A stretch of DNA of 63,839 nt, the filler included, from Octopus bimaculoides (lineage: Eukaryota): assembly GCF_001194135.2 (NCBI RefSeq). It is 12 parts of 11 records of this genome, joined end to end, with 100 filler letters (N's around TTAATTAATTAA, not from the genome) between each part and the next. Parts side by side here need not be neighbours in the genome. Positions count along the whole stretch, not along the records: positions 9,165 to 25,271 come from NC_068983.1; positions 25,372 to 29,862 come from NC_069004.1; 10 more parts are not named here. One strand, given 5' to 3'. The notes beneath the pieces are model-generated. The model ran no database searches. It had not been told where the DNA came from and was given only the letters and a program-made list of their open reading frames with translations. The position numbers and the translations under genes were made by a program. Shown here piece after piece: positions 13,377 through 26,168 of the stretch (positions are counted from its first letter, which is position 1; every line of letters begins with the position of its first letter).

Positions 13377-13966
13377 NNNNNNNNNNNNNNNNNNNNNNNN
13401 NNNNNNNNNNNNNNNNNNNNNNNNNNNNNNNNNNNNNNNNNNNNNNNNNNNNNNNNNNNNNNNNNNNNNNNNNNNNNNNNNNNNNNNNNNNNNNNNNNNN
13501 NNNNNNNNNNNNNNNNNNNNNNNNNNNNNNNNNNNNNNNNNNNNNNNNNNNNNNNNNNNNNNNNNNNNNNNNNNNNNNNNNNNNNNNNNNNNNNNNNNNN
13601 NNNNNNNNNNNNNNNNNNNNNNNNNNNNNNNNNNNNNNNNNNNNNNNNNNNNNNNNNNNNNNNNNNNNNNNNNNNNNNNNNNNNNNNNNNNNNNNNNNNN
13701 NNNNNNNNNNNNNNNNNNNNNNNNNNNNNNATATGTATGTATATATTTATGCGTGCGTGCGTGTCTGTGTTCGTCCCCCAGTCATCGCTCGACAACTGAT
13801 GCTGGTGTGTTTATGTCTCCGTAACTTAGCGTTTTGGCAAAATGGCAAAAGACACCGATAAATTATGTACTAGGCTTACAAAGAATAAGTCCTGAGGTCG
13901 ATTTGCTCGACTAAAACCCTTTATTCCAGCATGGCCACTGTCAAATGATTGAAGCAAGTGAAAGAT
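13276..13966 (+). mobile_element. SINE family A split by (TA)n and an N gap
   Basis: Head GGCATAGCTGTGTGGTAAG at 13276; 3' half at 13731-13966. Confidence 0.8.
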
Positions 13967-13988
13967 TATATATATATTAAGCTATTGT

Positions 13989-14200
13989 AGGCCAGTGAGC
14001 TGGTAGATGTATTGACGCGTCTGGTAAAATGCTTAGCGCTATTTCGTCCGTCTTTACATTCTGAGTTCAAATTCCGCCAAGGTCTTTATCTTTCAGGGAT
14101 CGGTAAAATAAGTACCACTTGAGTACTGGTGGTAGGGTGCTGTAATTGACTTACGCCTCCCTCGAACTTGCTGGTCTTGTGCCAAAATTTGAAATCAATT
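13989..14200 (+). mobile_element. SINE family B, GCCAAAATTTGAAA tail
   Basis: Head, B box GAGTTCAAATTCC, tail CTGGTCTTGTGCCAAAATTTGAAATCAATT. Confidence 0.85.
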
Positions 14201-17069
14201 TTAAATTCTTGCATTCATATTCAATAAACCAATTCAATAGTTACTTTTCATTTGATCCACACCTGATCATGAACTACCGTTAATGAAAAGGTTGATTTTT
14301 AAGCAGAAATTGGTCTAGCAGCTATGATGAAACTTGAACATGAACAATTTTCAGTAAAAAAAAAAACTACTAGAAGAATTTATCTTCCATTAATGTACAC
14401 ACCAGAAAGTATTACATTTCACGTGTTGCTCTCCGTTGAAATAATGCTTTCAGTGCGATCTGTTTCGTAGCAGCGGAAGTTATTTTTTAAATATAAACTC
14501 TAAGAATGTTATAGAGCTTGTCTACCCTGTGGAATATCAACGGGTCCAGCTAGTTTAAATAGATCACGGGCCATAAGCCAAGTTTTTAAACTTTATAGTT
14601 AATGTTATTTTCATGGATTTGTGAAACATTTATTATTATATTGGGAACAATTAAAATATTTCGAACTTATACTTCCTTGGCAAGTGATTTGACCTGCAGT
14701 GCATGAAAATAATGTTAGCGACCAGGTTTCAGGAATTTGACGAATACTTTTGCATTTTGTAATGAACATTAAAGAATAATCGAAAATCAATATTACGGAT
14801 TTTGAATTGTTCTTGGATATTGTTTAGGTGTCTGTTGCAAACATGTAGAGTAAGGTTTATGCCTTGAGGACATCTTTCATTCTTCTCTCCCTTCCTACGC
14901 CTTTCCTTCCTCTCACATACCTCAGATACCTTGAACGGATTATGGGCACTGCCTCCTCTCCTTACAAAAAGTTCAAGAAATTAAAATATTAATACAAATA
15001 AATCAATGTTAGTTTGGCCGAATCAACGCAATAAGAAGTAACTATTACATGTTATACGCAATTCGTCATTTCATGAACATACATCTTAGAACCAATCATA
15101 GCAACATTCAACACTGAAAATCAATTTAACAAGAAATGTTGCCAATAATAAAAACGTTTGAATACCATGCCACAGATTTTCTGCTTAACCAATAATTTTA
15201 TATTTCGCTTAGTTTTTCTGAACATCGGAAGAAAAGCGTTACGTGTGTAGTTCGTACGTCTAAATATTAGAACATCAGTAATGTACTGAGAAATATTGGT
15301 GATAACAATGATAATGATTTTGGTTTGGTGGAGATCATTATAAAATCCACAGTTCATTATATAATCGATATAAGATTTTCCATAACATTTCTGGAAAGAT
15401 AAATGCCTTCAAGAGAAATAAATAAATATTACCAAGTCGTTTTTTTTTCTACACAGATGCTGAAATCTCGCTCAGTAAAAGTAGTTTTCGCGCCAAGATT
15501 TCCGAAAAAAAGGCAGAATCAGCCAAAATTCTAAAGATAGAATAATGAGAAAGGATAATCTAAGATATCCTCAAGTGAGCACAGACCTTTTGAAATATTG
15601 CTTTCTTCAAGAACAATATTAATGCGAGAATCATGTGAGGACACTTCTGCTATAAAAACTAAAGTGAACTTTCAAGCAAAGATTGTTAGAGATACGTGTT
15701 TATTAAGAGTTTTTTCGGCATGGTTCGTGACTAATATTGCACAAAATATATTTTTGTAATGGTAGATCAATATATATATAGAAAAAATAAATCAAGGTCT
15801 ATGTGAGAATTTTAATCATTACTAAAACTGTTTTTTTTTGTATGTATATTTGGTGTAAGTAAATAACTTCTTAAAGAAACAGTTCTCTCCAAGCTATTTA
15901 CATAATGTTAAACTCCCAAAAGTAAGTTACCCAAAGAAAATATAATAGACCATCAAAATATATTGCTAATCAAAGAGGAAAAAATGTACTCATTTACATT
16001 GATCTTTAGCTTGTGAGATAAAAAAATGAACATTTTGTTAGGTATCACTCGATGGAAACATTGCAACTTCTTTCTCAATATATACTTTAAGTCTGCACAT
16101 GTTTTGAAATTGTTAGTAGTATTTTTTGAATTTGTTAGTAGTATAATTTCTTTAACTCTGCTAGGAAGGATTATTTTGTGAACTTAAGAATTCCAGTAGG
16201 AGAGGCAAATAAATTGATATTAGAAGTTCACTTCAAACCTAAACTGTTTGAATTTTATTGACATTTACATGTATTACTAAAACGAGTTTCAAACTCCTAC
16301 AAAGTAACCAATACTCTATTATCATTCAACTATCTATTGTCTTGCTCGTCTTCACTTCTCATTCTACTGCTTATATATCATACTGAACTTCAAAGCTATT
16401 TCATGTATTTTTCATTAACATGAGATTACTTTAAGATAAAAAAATATTATATTAAGCCTGTGTTATCGACAATGTTTATATAAAATGTACGCCGACTTAT
16501 TGTGCAAATCTTCCAAAATAGAAACAGACGCATAATTAGAAATATCAGACGTGAAAAAGTATCATCACCCACCAAAAAAACAAAAAAACAAACAAAACAA
16601 AAAAAAACAAAAAAAAAAACAAACAAACAGCGTCATCACTCGTTATAAAATTTACTGGATGATAATATCTATCAGATTATTATAATCTGGATAAATTGGA
16701 ATAATTTATTGCTTAATATTATTTAATTTGGTGTCACTCAATAGTTTATACAGACACCAAAAAACTACGGTTAAATTGATCGTATTTTCACCAGTTATAA
16801 GGATTAATAAAATATATTTTATAATAATAAACAGAACATTTATAAATAAAAATTGTAATTTATAAATACAAAACTAAATCAATAAACAAATAGAGTTAGA
16901 GAGCAATTTTTATATATCATGGTTTAGGATGAAAACAATATGCTCAGATGAAATTATCTTGTTATTTTTGAAATATTGCATGACTGAGACAAAAGATACA
17001 ATTGAACATAGGGATTAATTTTGAACTAGCAGTACGTACGGAAAGTCCATAGTAATTTTGGAAACATAT

Positions 17070-17336
17070 GCCCGGCATATGGCGTAGTGGTTAAGAGCGC
17101 GGGCTACTAACCCCAAGGTTCCGAGTTCGATTCACGGCAGCGACCTGATTAATAATAGTAATAATAATAATAATAATAATAATACAATAATAGTAACATC
17201 GTTAGGAATGAGAACCCAGGTTCGAAATTTCCCCAAGACACCTGACGAAGGCTGGAGGGTATATCAGCCGAAACGTTGTGTTAACAACAAACAAGATGAG
17301 GACAAATATCCGTCGAATGTAAATAATGTAAATAAT
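17070..17336 (+). mobile_element. tRNA-headed SINE-like element (family E): tRNA head, (AAT)n, hammerhead-containing 3' region
   Basis: A box TGGCGTAGTGG (17080-17090), tRNA-Ser(GCU)-like arm GGGCTACTAACCC, B box GAGTTCGATTC (17123-17133); ends in TGTAAATAA x2. Confidence 0.75.
17237..17282 (+). ncRNA. Minimal type I hammerhead ribozyme motif (Penelope-type)
   Basis: Stem I GACAC/GTGTT; core CTGACGA 17242-17248; stem II GGCTG/CAGCC with 10-nt loop; GAAA 17270-17273; palindromic AACGTT in place of stem III; GUU triplet at 17275-17277. Confidence 0.7.
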
Positions 17337-17347
17337 ATATATATATG

Positions 17348-17705
17348 TTCTTTTACTCGTTTCAGTCATTTGACTGCAGCCAACTGGAGCACCGCATCTT
17401 TGTCGAACAAATCGATCCCAGGACTTATATTTTTAAAGCTTGGTACTTATTCTATCAGTCCCTTTTTCCGAACCACTAAGTTATAGGGACGTAAACACAC
17501 TAACACCGGTTGTCAAACATTGATGGGGAGAGACACACATACACACATGACTTCTTTCAGTTTCCGCCTATCAAATCTACCCATCCACTCACAAGGTTTG
17601 ATCGGCACGAGGGTATAGTAGAAGTCGCTTGCCCAAGGTGCCATGTAGTGGGACTGAATCCGGAGCAATGCGGTTGGGAAGCAAGCTTCTTACTACAGCT
17701 GCAGC
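17348..17705 (-). mobile_element. SINE family A, full length, diverged
   Basis: Colinear with other A copies from tail to head. Confidence 0.9.
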
Positions 17706-19269
17706 TATATATATATATATNNNNNNNNNNNNNNNNNNNNNNNNNNNNNNNNNNNNNNNNNNNNNNNNNNNNNNNNNNNNNNNNNNNNNNNNNNNNNNNN
17801 NNNNNNNNNNNNNNNNNNNNNNNNNNNNNNNNNNNNNNNNNNNNNNNNNNNNNNNNNNNNNNNNNNNNNNNNNNNNNNNNNNNNNNNNNNNNNNNNNNNN
17901 NNNNNNNNNNNNNNNNNNNNNNNNNNNNNNNNNNNNNNNNNNNNNNNNNNNNNNNNNNNNNNNNNNNNNNNNNNNNNNNNNNNNNNNNNNNNNNNNNNNN
18001 NNNNNNNNNNNNNNNNNNNNNNNNNNNNNNNNNNNNNNNNNNNNNNNNNNNNNNNNNNNNNNNNNNNNNNNNNNNNNNNNNNNNNNNNNNNNNNNNNNNN
18101 NNNNNNNNNNNNNNNNNNNNNNNNNNNNNNNNNNNNNNNNNNNNNNNNNNNNNNNNNNNNNNNNNNNNNNNNNNNNNNNNNNNNNNNNNNNNNNNNNNNN
18201 NNNNNNNNNNNNNNNNNNNNNNNNNNNNNNNNNNNNNNNNNNNNNNNNNNNNNNNNNNNNNNNNNNNNNNNNNNNNNNNNNNNNNNNNNNNNNNNNNNNN
18301 NNNNNNNNNNNNNNNNNNNNNNNNNNNNNNNNNNNNNNNNNNNNNNNNNNNNNNNNNNNNNNNNNNNNNNNNNNNNNNNNNNNNNNNNNNNNNNNNNNNN
18401 NNNNNNNNNNNNNNNNNNNNNNNNNNNNNNNNNNNNNNNNNNNNNNNNNNNNNNNNNNNNNNNNNNNNNNNNNNNNNNNNNNNNNNNNNNNNTATATATA
18501 TAGCGGTTCGACATATGCACATCGGTAATATAAGTTCAAACTTAAAAATAATTACTGGTATTGAAATGGAGGCACCGTCCCAGCATGACACCAATCGAAG
18601 TATAACATCGATCCAAAAATTGGCAGAACACTAGATGAGTAGAAGAATATATTATACCATATTATTGTGAAATATTTATTAATCAGTCTTACGAATATTA
18701 TAAATAATATAAATATTGTACATCTCATAATTATTCTTCAATTTCATTTCATAGTTTATCAATCATTCAGGATTCTCTCAAATGATGTAAATTTTATATA
18801 TTCGATTTTGTTCCATAGTTTGAAGCGTAACAAAAAAGGTAGGTAGGTACAATTGTATTATAGTAATTGTATTAATATGTAGATAAGATTCAGGATAACA
18901 GTTTAGAGTATTTATCGCGAAATGAGCTGCATTAATCGCAAAATACATTGTTAGATAGGATTTTCTATTTCCTATTGAATATTACAATAAAGGTAGAAGA
19001 AATATTTAATTTCTATATGAAAAATTCTTATATTTGTGCAGAATGCACTTGTGTATAAAGGTTACTTGGTTTATAGAACCTGGAGGTATTAAAGAAAAGA
19101 ATGAATACGGTGGAACGCATGCAGGGTAGTTAGATGTAGATATTGGAAAGCATGTAGTTCGGTGGCTGCTATTTTTCCCTCCCACAATTACAATAATTCT
19201 GTTCACAGACAATAATTATCTTTCGTATAAAACCATATTTCTTCATCTAGGTTTGTAGTTCCCCACAAG

Positions 19270-19642
19270 ACCCAGTCCTTTTTGCAGTTTAGTGGCTTGT
19301 ATGCCTCAATGAGCCTGAGAACTATGCCGGAAAAATACAAGGGTCTGGTAGGATCGCCCATACTAGATAAGTCAAAGAATAAAGGTGAGAATAACATGGA
19401 CAATCTCTTCCCCGAGGTAAAATTAGGTTTGCATCGATGACAGTTCAAAACTACCAAGACCAAGGAGAGAAAGGCCTTTCCTTCAGAGAAACATGACGCG
19501 GTACAGCAAAATTCGAGAGGACCCTGCAAGGCTGCAGAGCTGATCCAACTGGAGAGAACCAAAAGATATAGCTCGTAGTCGAGGACAGTGGAGAAAAGTC
19601 GTCGGTTGCCTAGGCTTCATAAGGAGCGAAGGGTTTAAATAA
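19270..19642 (+). mobile_element. RTE-derived element: RTE 5'UTR-like segment joined to an RTE C-terminal/3' segment
   Basis: GGCTTGTATGCCTCAATGAGCCTGAGAACTATGCCGG resembles RTE 5'UTRs (from recall); 19547-19642 reads NWREPKDIARSRGQWRKVVGCLGFIRSEGFK*. Confidence 0.55.
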
Positions 19643-20030
19643 CATTTCTAGTTAGAATTCCATGATCTCATCTACCAACTTAAAACACCCAGTTTTGCAT
19701 TTCTTAGCATCTTAAAAAAGGAACAAATCATGGGTTCTAAAAGAACGATCTGAGGTAAATTAGATTTATAAGTGCTAACAAGATAAAACATGAACTGAGA
19801 TATGGTAGGCATGATGAACAGCAAAACACCACAGAAGTTCTTCATAAAAAAAACAACAACAAAAACAAATAATATAATGTAGAAGTAGGAAGGAACAAAA
19901 TGAAAAACCAAAGAACATATCGCAAAAATAACAGGAACAACGAGAACAAAATGCTGAAGAGTATATGTAAAGAGATTCAGAGGGTATGGGAGTAATAGAA
20001 GGAAGTAGTAAATGAAATATGAACAGAATC

Positions 20031-20080
<50 letters not shown>

Positions 20081-20083
<3 letters not shown>

Positions 20084-20935
20084 AATCCAAACTAAAACTA
20101 GAACAGCAATAATGAAATCCAAGCTAAAACTAGAACAGCAACGTGAAATCCAAACTAAAACTAGAACAGCAACGGACCATGATAAAACGATGGCAAGAAA
20201 AGCCCCTACATGGTAAATACTGGGCTAAACTAAATGCGAAAGAAATAGACAGAGAAAAATCCCAGCAATGGCTGAGAAGCTCAGGACTCAAAGCAGAGAC
20301 TGAAGGATTTTTAATTACTGCACAAGACCAGAGCCTCCCCACCAGAAATTACCAAAAACACAATGAAAAGAAATATAACAAGTAACTGTAGAATATGTGG
20401 AGATCGACAAGAAACAATAAATCATATTATCTCTGACTGCCCAGTCCTGGCTAAGAAGGAATATATTCACAGACACGACAGAGCTAGGACCTATATACAC
20501 TGGAAGCTATGCCAACANNNNNNNNNNNNNNNNNNNNNNNNNNNNNNNNNNNNNNNNNNNNNNCCAGCAGATGACAACGTTTCTCTAAAAGAAATGGAAA
20601 AACTTTCAAAATACAAAGACCTGGAAATAGAGATAACTCGAATGTGGAATCTAAAAACAGAAACAATTCCTATCATAGTAGGTGCCTTAGGTATAATAAA
20701 AAAATATTCAGACAAATACATAACAAAAACACCAGGACTTACAAATATATATAACATACAGAAACTTGCACTACTGGGTACTGCACACATTCTACGCAAA
20801 ACACTTTCAATACAGTAAACATAAGAGCACCACAGCAAACCACAGCACATACCCAAGGCGCACAGAGCTGCGCTCGGTAGTGAAGTGAAAGCACGTTATA
20901 AAAATAAAACTACTGAACAATAATAATAATAATAA
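20081..20935 (+). mobile_element. 5'-truncated R4/Dong-like LINE between (AAT)n tracts
   Basis: WQEKPLHGKY..ETEGFLITAQDQSL; CCHC knuckle CRICGDRQETINHIISDC; RHD; C-terminal IPIIVGALG..KLALLGTAHILRKTL; (AAT)n at 20031-20081 and 20918-20934. Confidence 0.92.
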
Positions 20936-21356
20936 CCAGAAAATCAAGATTACGAACAAGAAGCACAAAACAGAAAAAAGACGAATAAGAAACAGGAGGA
21001 AAAGAAGAGAAAGGTGAAGGAGTAGAAAAACATGAAAAAGCAAGTGAAAGAGAAGGAAAAAAAGACCGAAGGAGGCAGAATAGGAGTAGGAGAAGAAAAG
21101 GAAAGTTGAAGAAGAAATTGTAAAAAAATGATGCGGAAGTAAAAAATAGACTTAAAAGAAGAAAAGGAACTACATGATGAAAAGAGGAGACACTCTAACA
21201 GATGCACTTAAATCAAATGGAATGTTTAACAAAGATCCCTCAGGTCAGTAATGTCACATGTTATGAATGTTCTATAATTTAACATTAAATTCCTACACAA
21301 AATCAAACTAAAACCCTCGAATACAATTATACTCAACAACATGGTTTCCTTTTTAG

Positions 21357-21686
21357 TCCAGTACTTAAAAGTGTTAAAGCCTGGTACCTATTCTATCAAT
21401 TCTCTTGCCGCACCGCTAAGTTACGGAAACGTAAACACACTAACACCGGTTGTCAAGCGGTGGTGGGGAGACAAACACAGACGCAAAGACGCACAAACAC
21501 ACACGCGCTCGCGCACGCACACACACAACGTGCTTCTCGCAGTTTCCGTCTACCAAATCCACTCACAAGGCTTTGGTCAGCCCGAGGCTATAGTAGAAGA
21601 CACTTGCTCAAGGTGTCACACAGAGAGACTGAACCCAGAACCATGTGGTTGGGAAGCAAACTACTCACCACGCAGCCGCGCCAGCG
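21357..21686 (-). mobile_element. SINE family A lacking the distal tail
   Basis: Colinear with other A copies; internal repeat is a CA/CG variant. Confidence 0.88.
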
Positions 21687-22019
21687 TCTATGTTTGCTTT
21701 CAATGAATCTCTTATCAAAGATAGTGCACAGTGTTTCATCATTATAACATTTCTCGATTAAATCAAACTAACTTTAACTAACACTAATCTCTACGGCCGT
21801 GTCAATTTCAAACCTTATTTTACTGGTGTATTGTCTCATAACATATACACAGATCGCTGTCAGCTACATTGCATTCTACAACATAAAAGAAATCTAAGGA
21901 CAATTAATTCTGCTATAAAAATTCTGTTATAGAAACCCTAACACTGTTGTTATTTAGCCATAAACTGCCCTAATCGAACTTGTCAATGATCAAAAGTGTT
22001 TCATGGGTACCCAACAAGT

Positions 22020-22110
22020 GAGTCTATAGGCTAGCATGAGGAACATGCTAAAATAGATTTTGATAAGGTAAAAGAGTACGGGTTCAAACTTAACGAGTAA
22101 AAATGCGTAT
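22020..22110 (+). mobile_element. Gypsy-like LTR retrotransposon RT remnant
   Basis: Reads ESIG*HEEHAKIDFDKVKEYGFKLNE*KC, matching the EEH..VF.RL.EYG.KLN..KC segment of Ty3/Gypsy RT. Confidence 0.45.
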
Positions 22111-24320
22111 CAAAGTGGTTCGACGATTTAGCGTCTATTTTCAGCATATAGGCATGGAACCCTCTATGCCCTTAATTATAATTATATTTTATACTATTAT
22201 AAATCTCTATTATATCATTTCCCCTTAATAAGTCCATTTTATATGGTGGCCACCATTATATATATATATATATNNNNNNNNNNNNNNNNNNNNNNNNNNN
22301 NNNNNNNNNNNNNNNNNNNNNNNNNNNNNNNNNNNNNNNNNNNNNNNNNNNNNNNNNNNNNNNNNNNNNNNNNNNNNNNNNNNNNNNNNNNNNNNNNNNN
22401 NNNNNNNNNNNNNNNNNNNNNNNNNNNNNNNNNNNNNNNNNNNNNNNNNNNNNNNNNNNNNNNNNNNNNNNNNNNNNNNNNNNNNNNNNNNNNNNNNNNN
22501 NNNNNNNNNNNNNNNNNNNNNNNNNNNNNNNNNNNNNNNNNNNNNNNNNNNNNNNNNNNNNNNNNNNNNNNNNNNNNNNNNNNNNNNNNNNNNNNNNNNN
22601 NNNNNNNNNNNNNNNNNNNNNNNNNNNNNNNNNNNNNNNNNNNNNNNNNNNNNNNNNNNNNNNNNNNNNNNNNNNNNNNNNNNNNNNNNNNNNNNNNNNN
22701 NNNNNNNNNNNNNNNNNNNNNNNNNNNNNNNNNNNNNNNNNNNNNNNNNNNNNNNNNNNNNNNNNNNNNNNNNNNNNNNNNNNNNNNNNNNNNNNNNNNN
22801 NNNNNNNNNNNNNNNNNNNNNNNNNNNNNNNNNNNNNNNNNNNNNNNNNNNNNNNNNNNNNTATATATATATATATATATACTTATTTATATATATATAT
22901 ATATATACTTATTTACTGTGTGGATGCATAGGACATGTCTGTTATTTTAAAGTTCGTTTACAGTTCCAGTGTAATATAAACAAATTCGTATTTGATGAAG
23001 CACAGGTGCCGAAACTCGCATTGTAATGTTAAATGGAAAAAAAAACAGCTTTAAATTAATGCAAGAATAAAATAGAAATATGGACAAGGGATAAAGAAAG
23101 TATATTGTTGTGCCTGCGTGCAAAAGATATTGTAGAAATGCTAGAAATGCTCGAAAGTTGATTTGCCGCATATATTCAAATAGTATAAGGATAATAGAAA
23201 ATATTTATGTAATATATGCATGCTTATACATTAATATATTCCAACATGTGTACACGAATATGCACACACCAACACAAAATATATACACTCACTCAATCAC
23301 ATGCATATATTTACACACACACATACATATTATCTATGTATGTATGCATGTATGTATATATGTATGAATGTATGTTTGCATACAAGTTTGAATATATTGG
23401 CCATGAAAATTATGAATTCACATAAAGCACAGGCTGTCTATAAAGATTTTATCTTGAAATCAAGGCAATCTATTTTTATCACAGCCGATAAATATTTGTA
23501 ATGATAAACAAAAACTGGCAGAAAGAATAAATGTCTTAGTAGTAGTTGTTGTGAAAGCAATATATTGGGGAAAAGGTTGGTGAACTATATACTTCAACAC
23601 AATTACCAATTAATTAAAGCAAGCAGTTTTTTTTTTTATCTCCGTTAATATAATAAAAGAACTATTGTAAAAGAACTATCGTATAACTAATTATGGTCGA
23701 TGGCGTTAAGTACTTCAAACGAAAATAGACCTCGTTGTTTCCTCATTAATTCAGTGTTTTTTAATTGTATATTTCAACATTGTGGTAAATTCCACTCTGT
23801 CTTTTAAGACATTATCTCATGCCAGTTCAATATGCTTTTGTTTTTCAATAAATCAACAATACATCAAGAATATGTTTTATTTTTTTAAAAATAGAGTCAA
23901 ATTTAGAAGCTAAATTTAGTTCTGAGAATCGAATAATGCATCAAGTGAGGATTATTATTAACACCGATTCTAATTTGGCACTAATGAGTAAAAAACAAAT
24001 GATAATTACAATAATTCATTAGAAATAAAATGATTTGGTCATCAGCGTAAGTTTCAGTTTCTTGAATTATCTGTTTTGTTACGTGTGTGAGTTTCCACTT
24101 ATCTATATAATACGAATTTATAACTGAATATTTTTCTGTCGACTACTTTTAATTTAGAGATGATTGCATATCACTTCAGCAACTTCTTAATCTATAAAAC
24201 ATGTTTAAATAATATGTAAATCTGACACATTACTAATCTGTTATCCAAAACGTATAACTTTCTACAATTTCATAAAGTTAACGTATAAATTTGTAAAACG
24301 TACAAAATATGTAATAATTT

Positions 24321-24590
24321 TGATTTCAAATTTTAGTACAAGGCCAATGGATGGTATCAACTGGTACAAATTTTATCGACCCCGAAATGATGAAAAGCGA
24401 ATCGACCTGGACTGAATTTGAACTCAGAACTTAAAGATGGACAAAATACTAGTCAACTTTTTGCCCGGCGTGCTAACGAATCTGCCAGCTCACCGCCTTG
24501 AGATAAGTAATTGTATTTTAGCACAATGTCAGCAATTTCGAGGGCAAAGCAAGTCGATTGCATCGACGCCAGTGCTTAGCTGGTACTTAT
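24321..24590 (-). mobile_element. SINE family B (24321-24499) plus a second partial B body/tail (24530-24590)
   Basis: Reverse-complement head CAAGGCGGTGAGCTGGCAGA; GAGTTCAAATTC; AAGTACCAGCTAAGCACTGGCGTCGATGCAATCGAC. Confidence 0.8.
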
Positions 24591-24594
24591 GATA

Positions 24595-25271
24595 TACTAG
24601 CAGAGATACCCGGCGTTGCCCGTGTTCCATGCAATTGGAAAATGAGACTTTTCTGTTATATTTTCTGTAAGGAACTGGAATACATATGATTCGAATTTCA
24701 TCAAAATTGCACATGAGGGTTCTTTCCCTCTTTACACACCCTAAAAAAATTCTAGTCATGAGACATGTATCCCATACTATTGATCTTTACGCGCATATTC
24801 CAAAATTTCAGTCTTCTGGAACCTGTAAAAAAGATTTTGCTCCTGCAAAATGGAGCTCATGGAGCTCTAAAATGTGGGAATGAAGGCCCCTATTGGGGGT
24901 GGGGGTGTTAATGTCAACCAGAGAAGTTGAATTGTTGGGAATGTTTTTACTTGAGTCTTATAGTATGCCTGTATATATGTGAGAATATAGTCTCACTTTA
25001 ATAGTTTCAGTATGAAACTGAAAATATTAAAGTGAAAATATTTGAAATTACAGTAGCGACATGTTATTGTTTCACTTTTGACACGTAATACTTAAATAGT
25101 GGAGGAGATATGATGTTGCTGTGGGCTCGAACTATGCAAGAAGTTAAAACTTTTTTTGACTAAAACACAACCGGAACCCTAAGTAAGACATGTGTAAAAT
25201 TTGAATGAAATTGGTTGTGTAGTTCTCGAGTTTTAGGGAAACACACACACACACAGACAGACAGACAGACA
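24595..25271 (+). mobile_element. Non-autonomous Helitron-like (Lep1/DINE-1-type) element, 3' end lost in the linker
   Basis: Starts TACTAGCAGAGATACCCGGCGTTGCCCG; ends AAAATTTGAATGAAATTGGTTGTGTAGTTCTCGAGTTTTAG + (CA)n(GACA)n; this layout matches recalled invertebrate Helitron-N families. Confidence 0.5.
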
Positions 25272-25371
25272 NNNNNNNNNNNNNNNNNNNNNNNNNNNNN
25301 NNNNNNNNNNNNNNNTTAATTAATTAANNNNNNNNNNNNNNNNNNNNNNNNNNNNNNNNNNNNNNNNNNNN

Positions 25372-25467
<96 letters not shown>

Positions 25468-25861
25468 TTTTGTTCATCATGTACAAGTACATTTGTATTC
25501 ATCACTATTTCATTTATTCTATTCAGTTTTTTTTTTAAATTGAAGCATATCTTTGACAATTCTGGAGTGTATTGAATTTATTTTGTGCGTGACTTTTGAC
25601 CTATCTATATTTTTTGTGGTGTATTCTTTTGTCATGCTATTTTTGGGTTGATTGAAAATGTAGGATTTTATGTGTCTGAGGGGTTGTTTTGTTTGTGAAA
25701 TTTTACTATGCTGCATATGTGCTCAGTCAGTGGAAAGTAAGAGAGTCTTATTCCTGTATTTATCACTGTAATTCATTTGGTTAATTTTACTTTTAACTGT
25801 TTGGTGTTATCTTTCTTGATTTCAGTGAATTTGTTTTTATCTCTGAATAAATTCTCTTTTA

Positions 25862-26119
25862 TTCATTTACCTGTTTCAGTCATTTAACTGTGGCCATGCT
25901 GGAGCACCACCTTTAGTCAAAGAAATTGCCCCACAGGACTTATTCTTTGTAAGCCTAGTACTTATTTTTTCAGTCTCTTTTGCTGAACCGCTAAGTTATG
26001 GGGACATAAACACACCAGCATTGGTTGTCAAGCAATGTTGGGGGGACAAACACAGACATACAAATATACACACACACACATACATACATACATACATATA
26101 TACATATATATATATACAT

Positions 26120-26168
<49 letters not shown>

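Noticed and set aside
17510-18634. Long ORFs of 250-430 aa (also at 28.2, 39.5, 41, 48, 55.3 and 61.2 kb)
   Set aside because: Length comes from N runs translated as X
20081-20172. CRISPR-like repeat-spacer array
   Set aside because: Spacers are 2-3 nt, the unit is LINE coding sequence, and the context is eukaryotic
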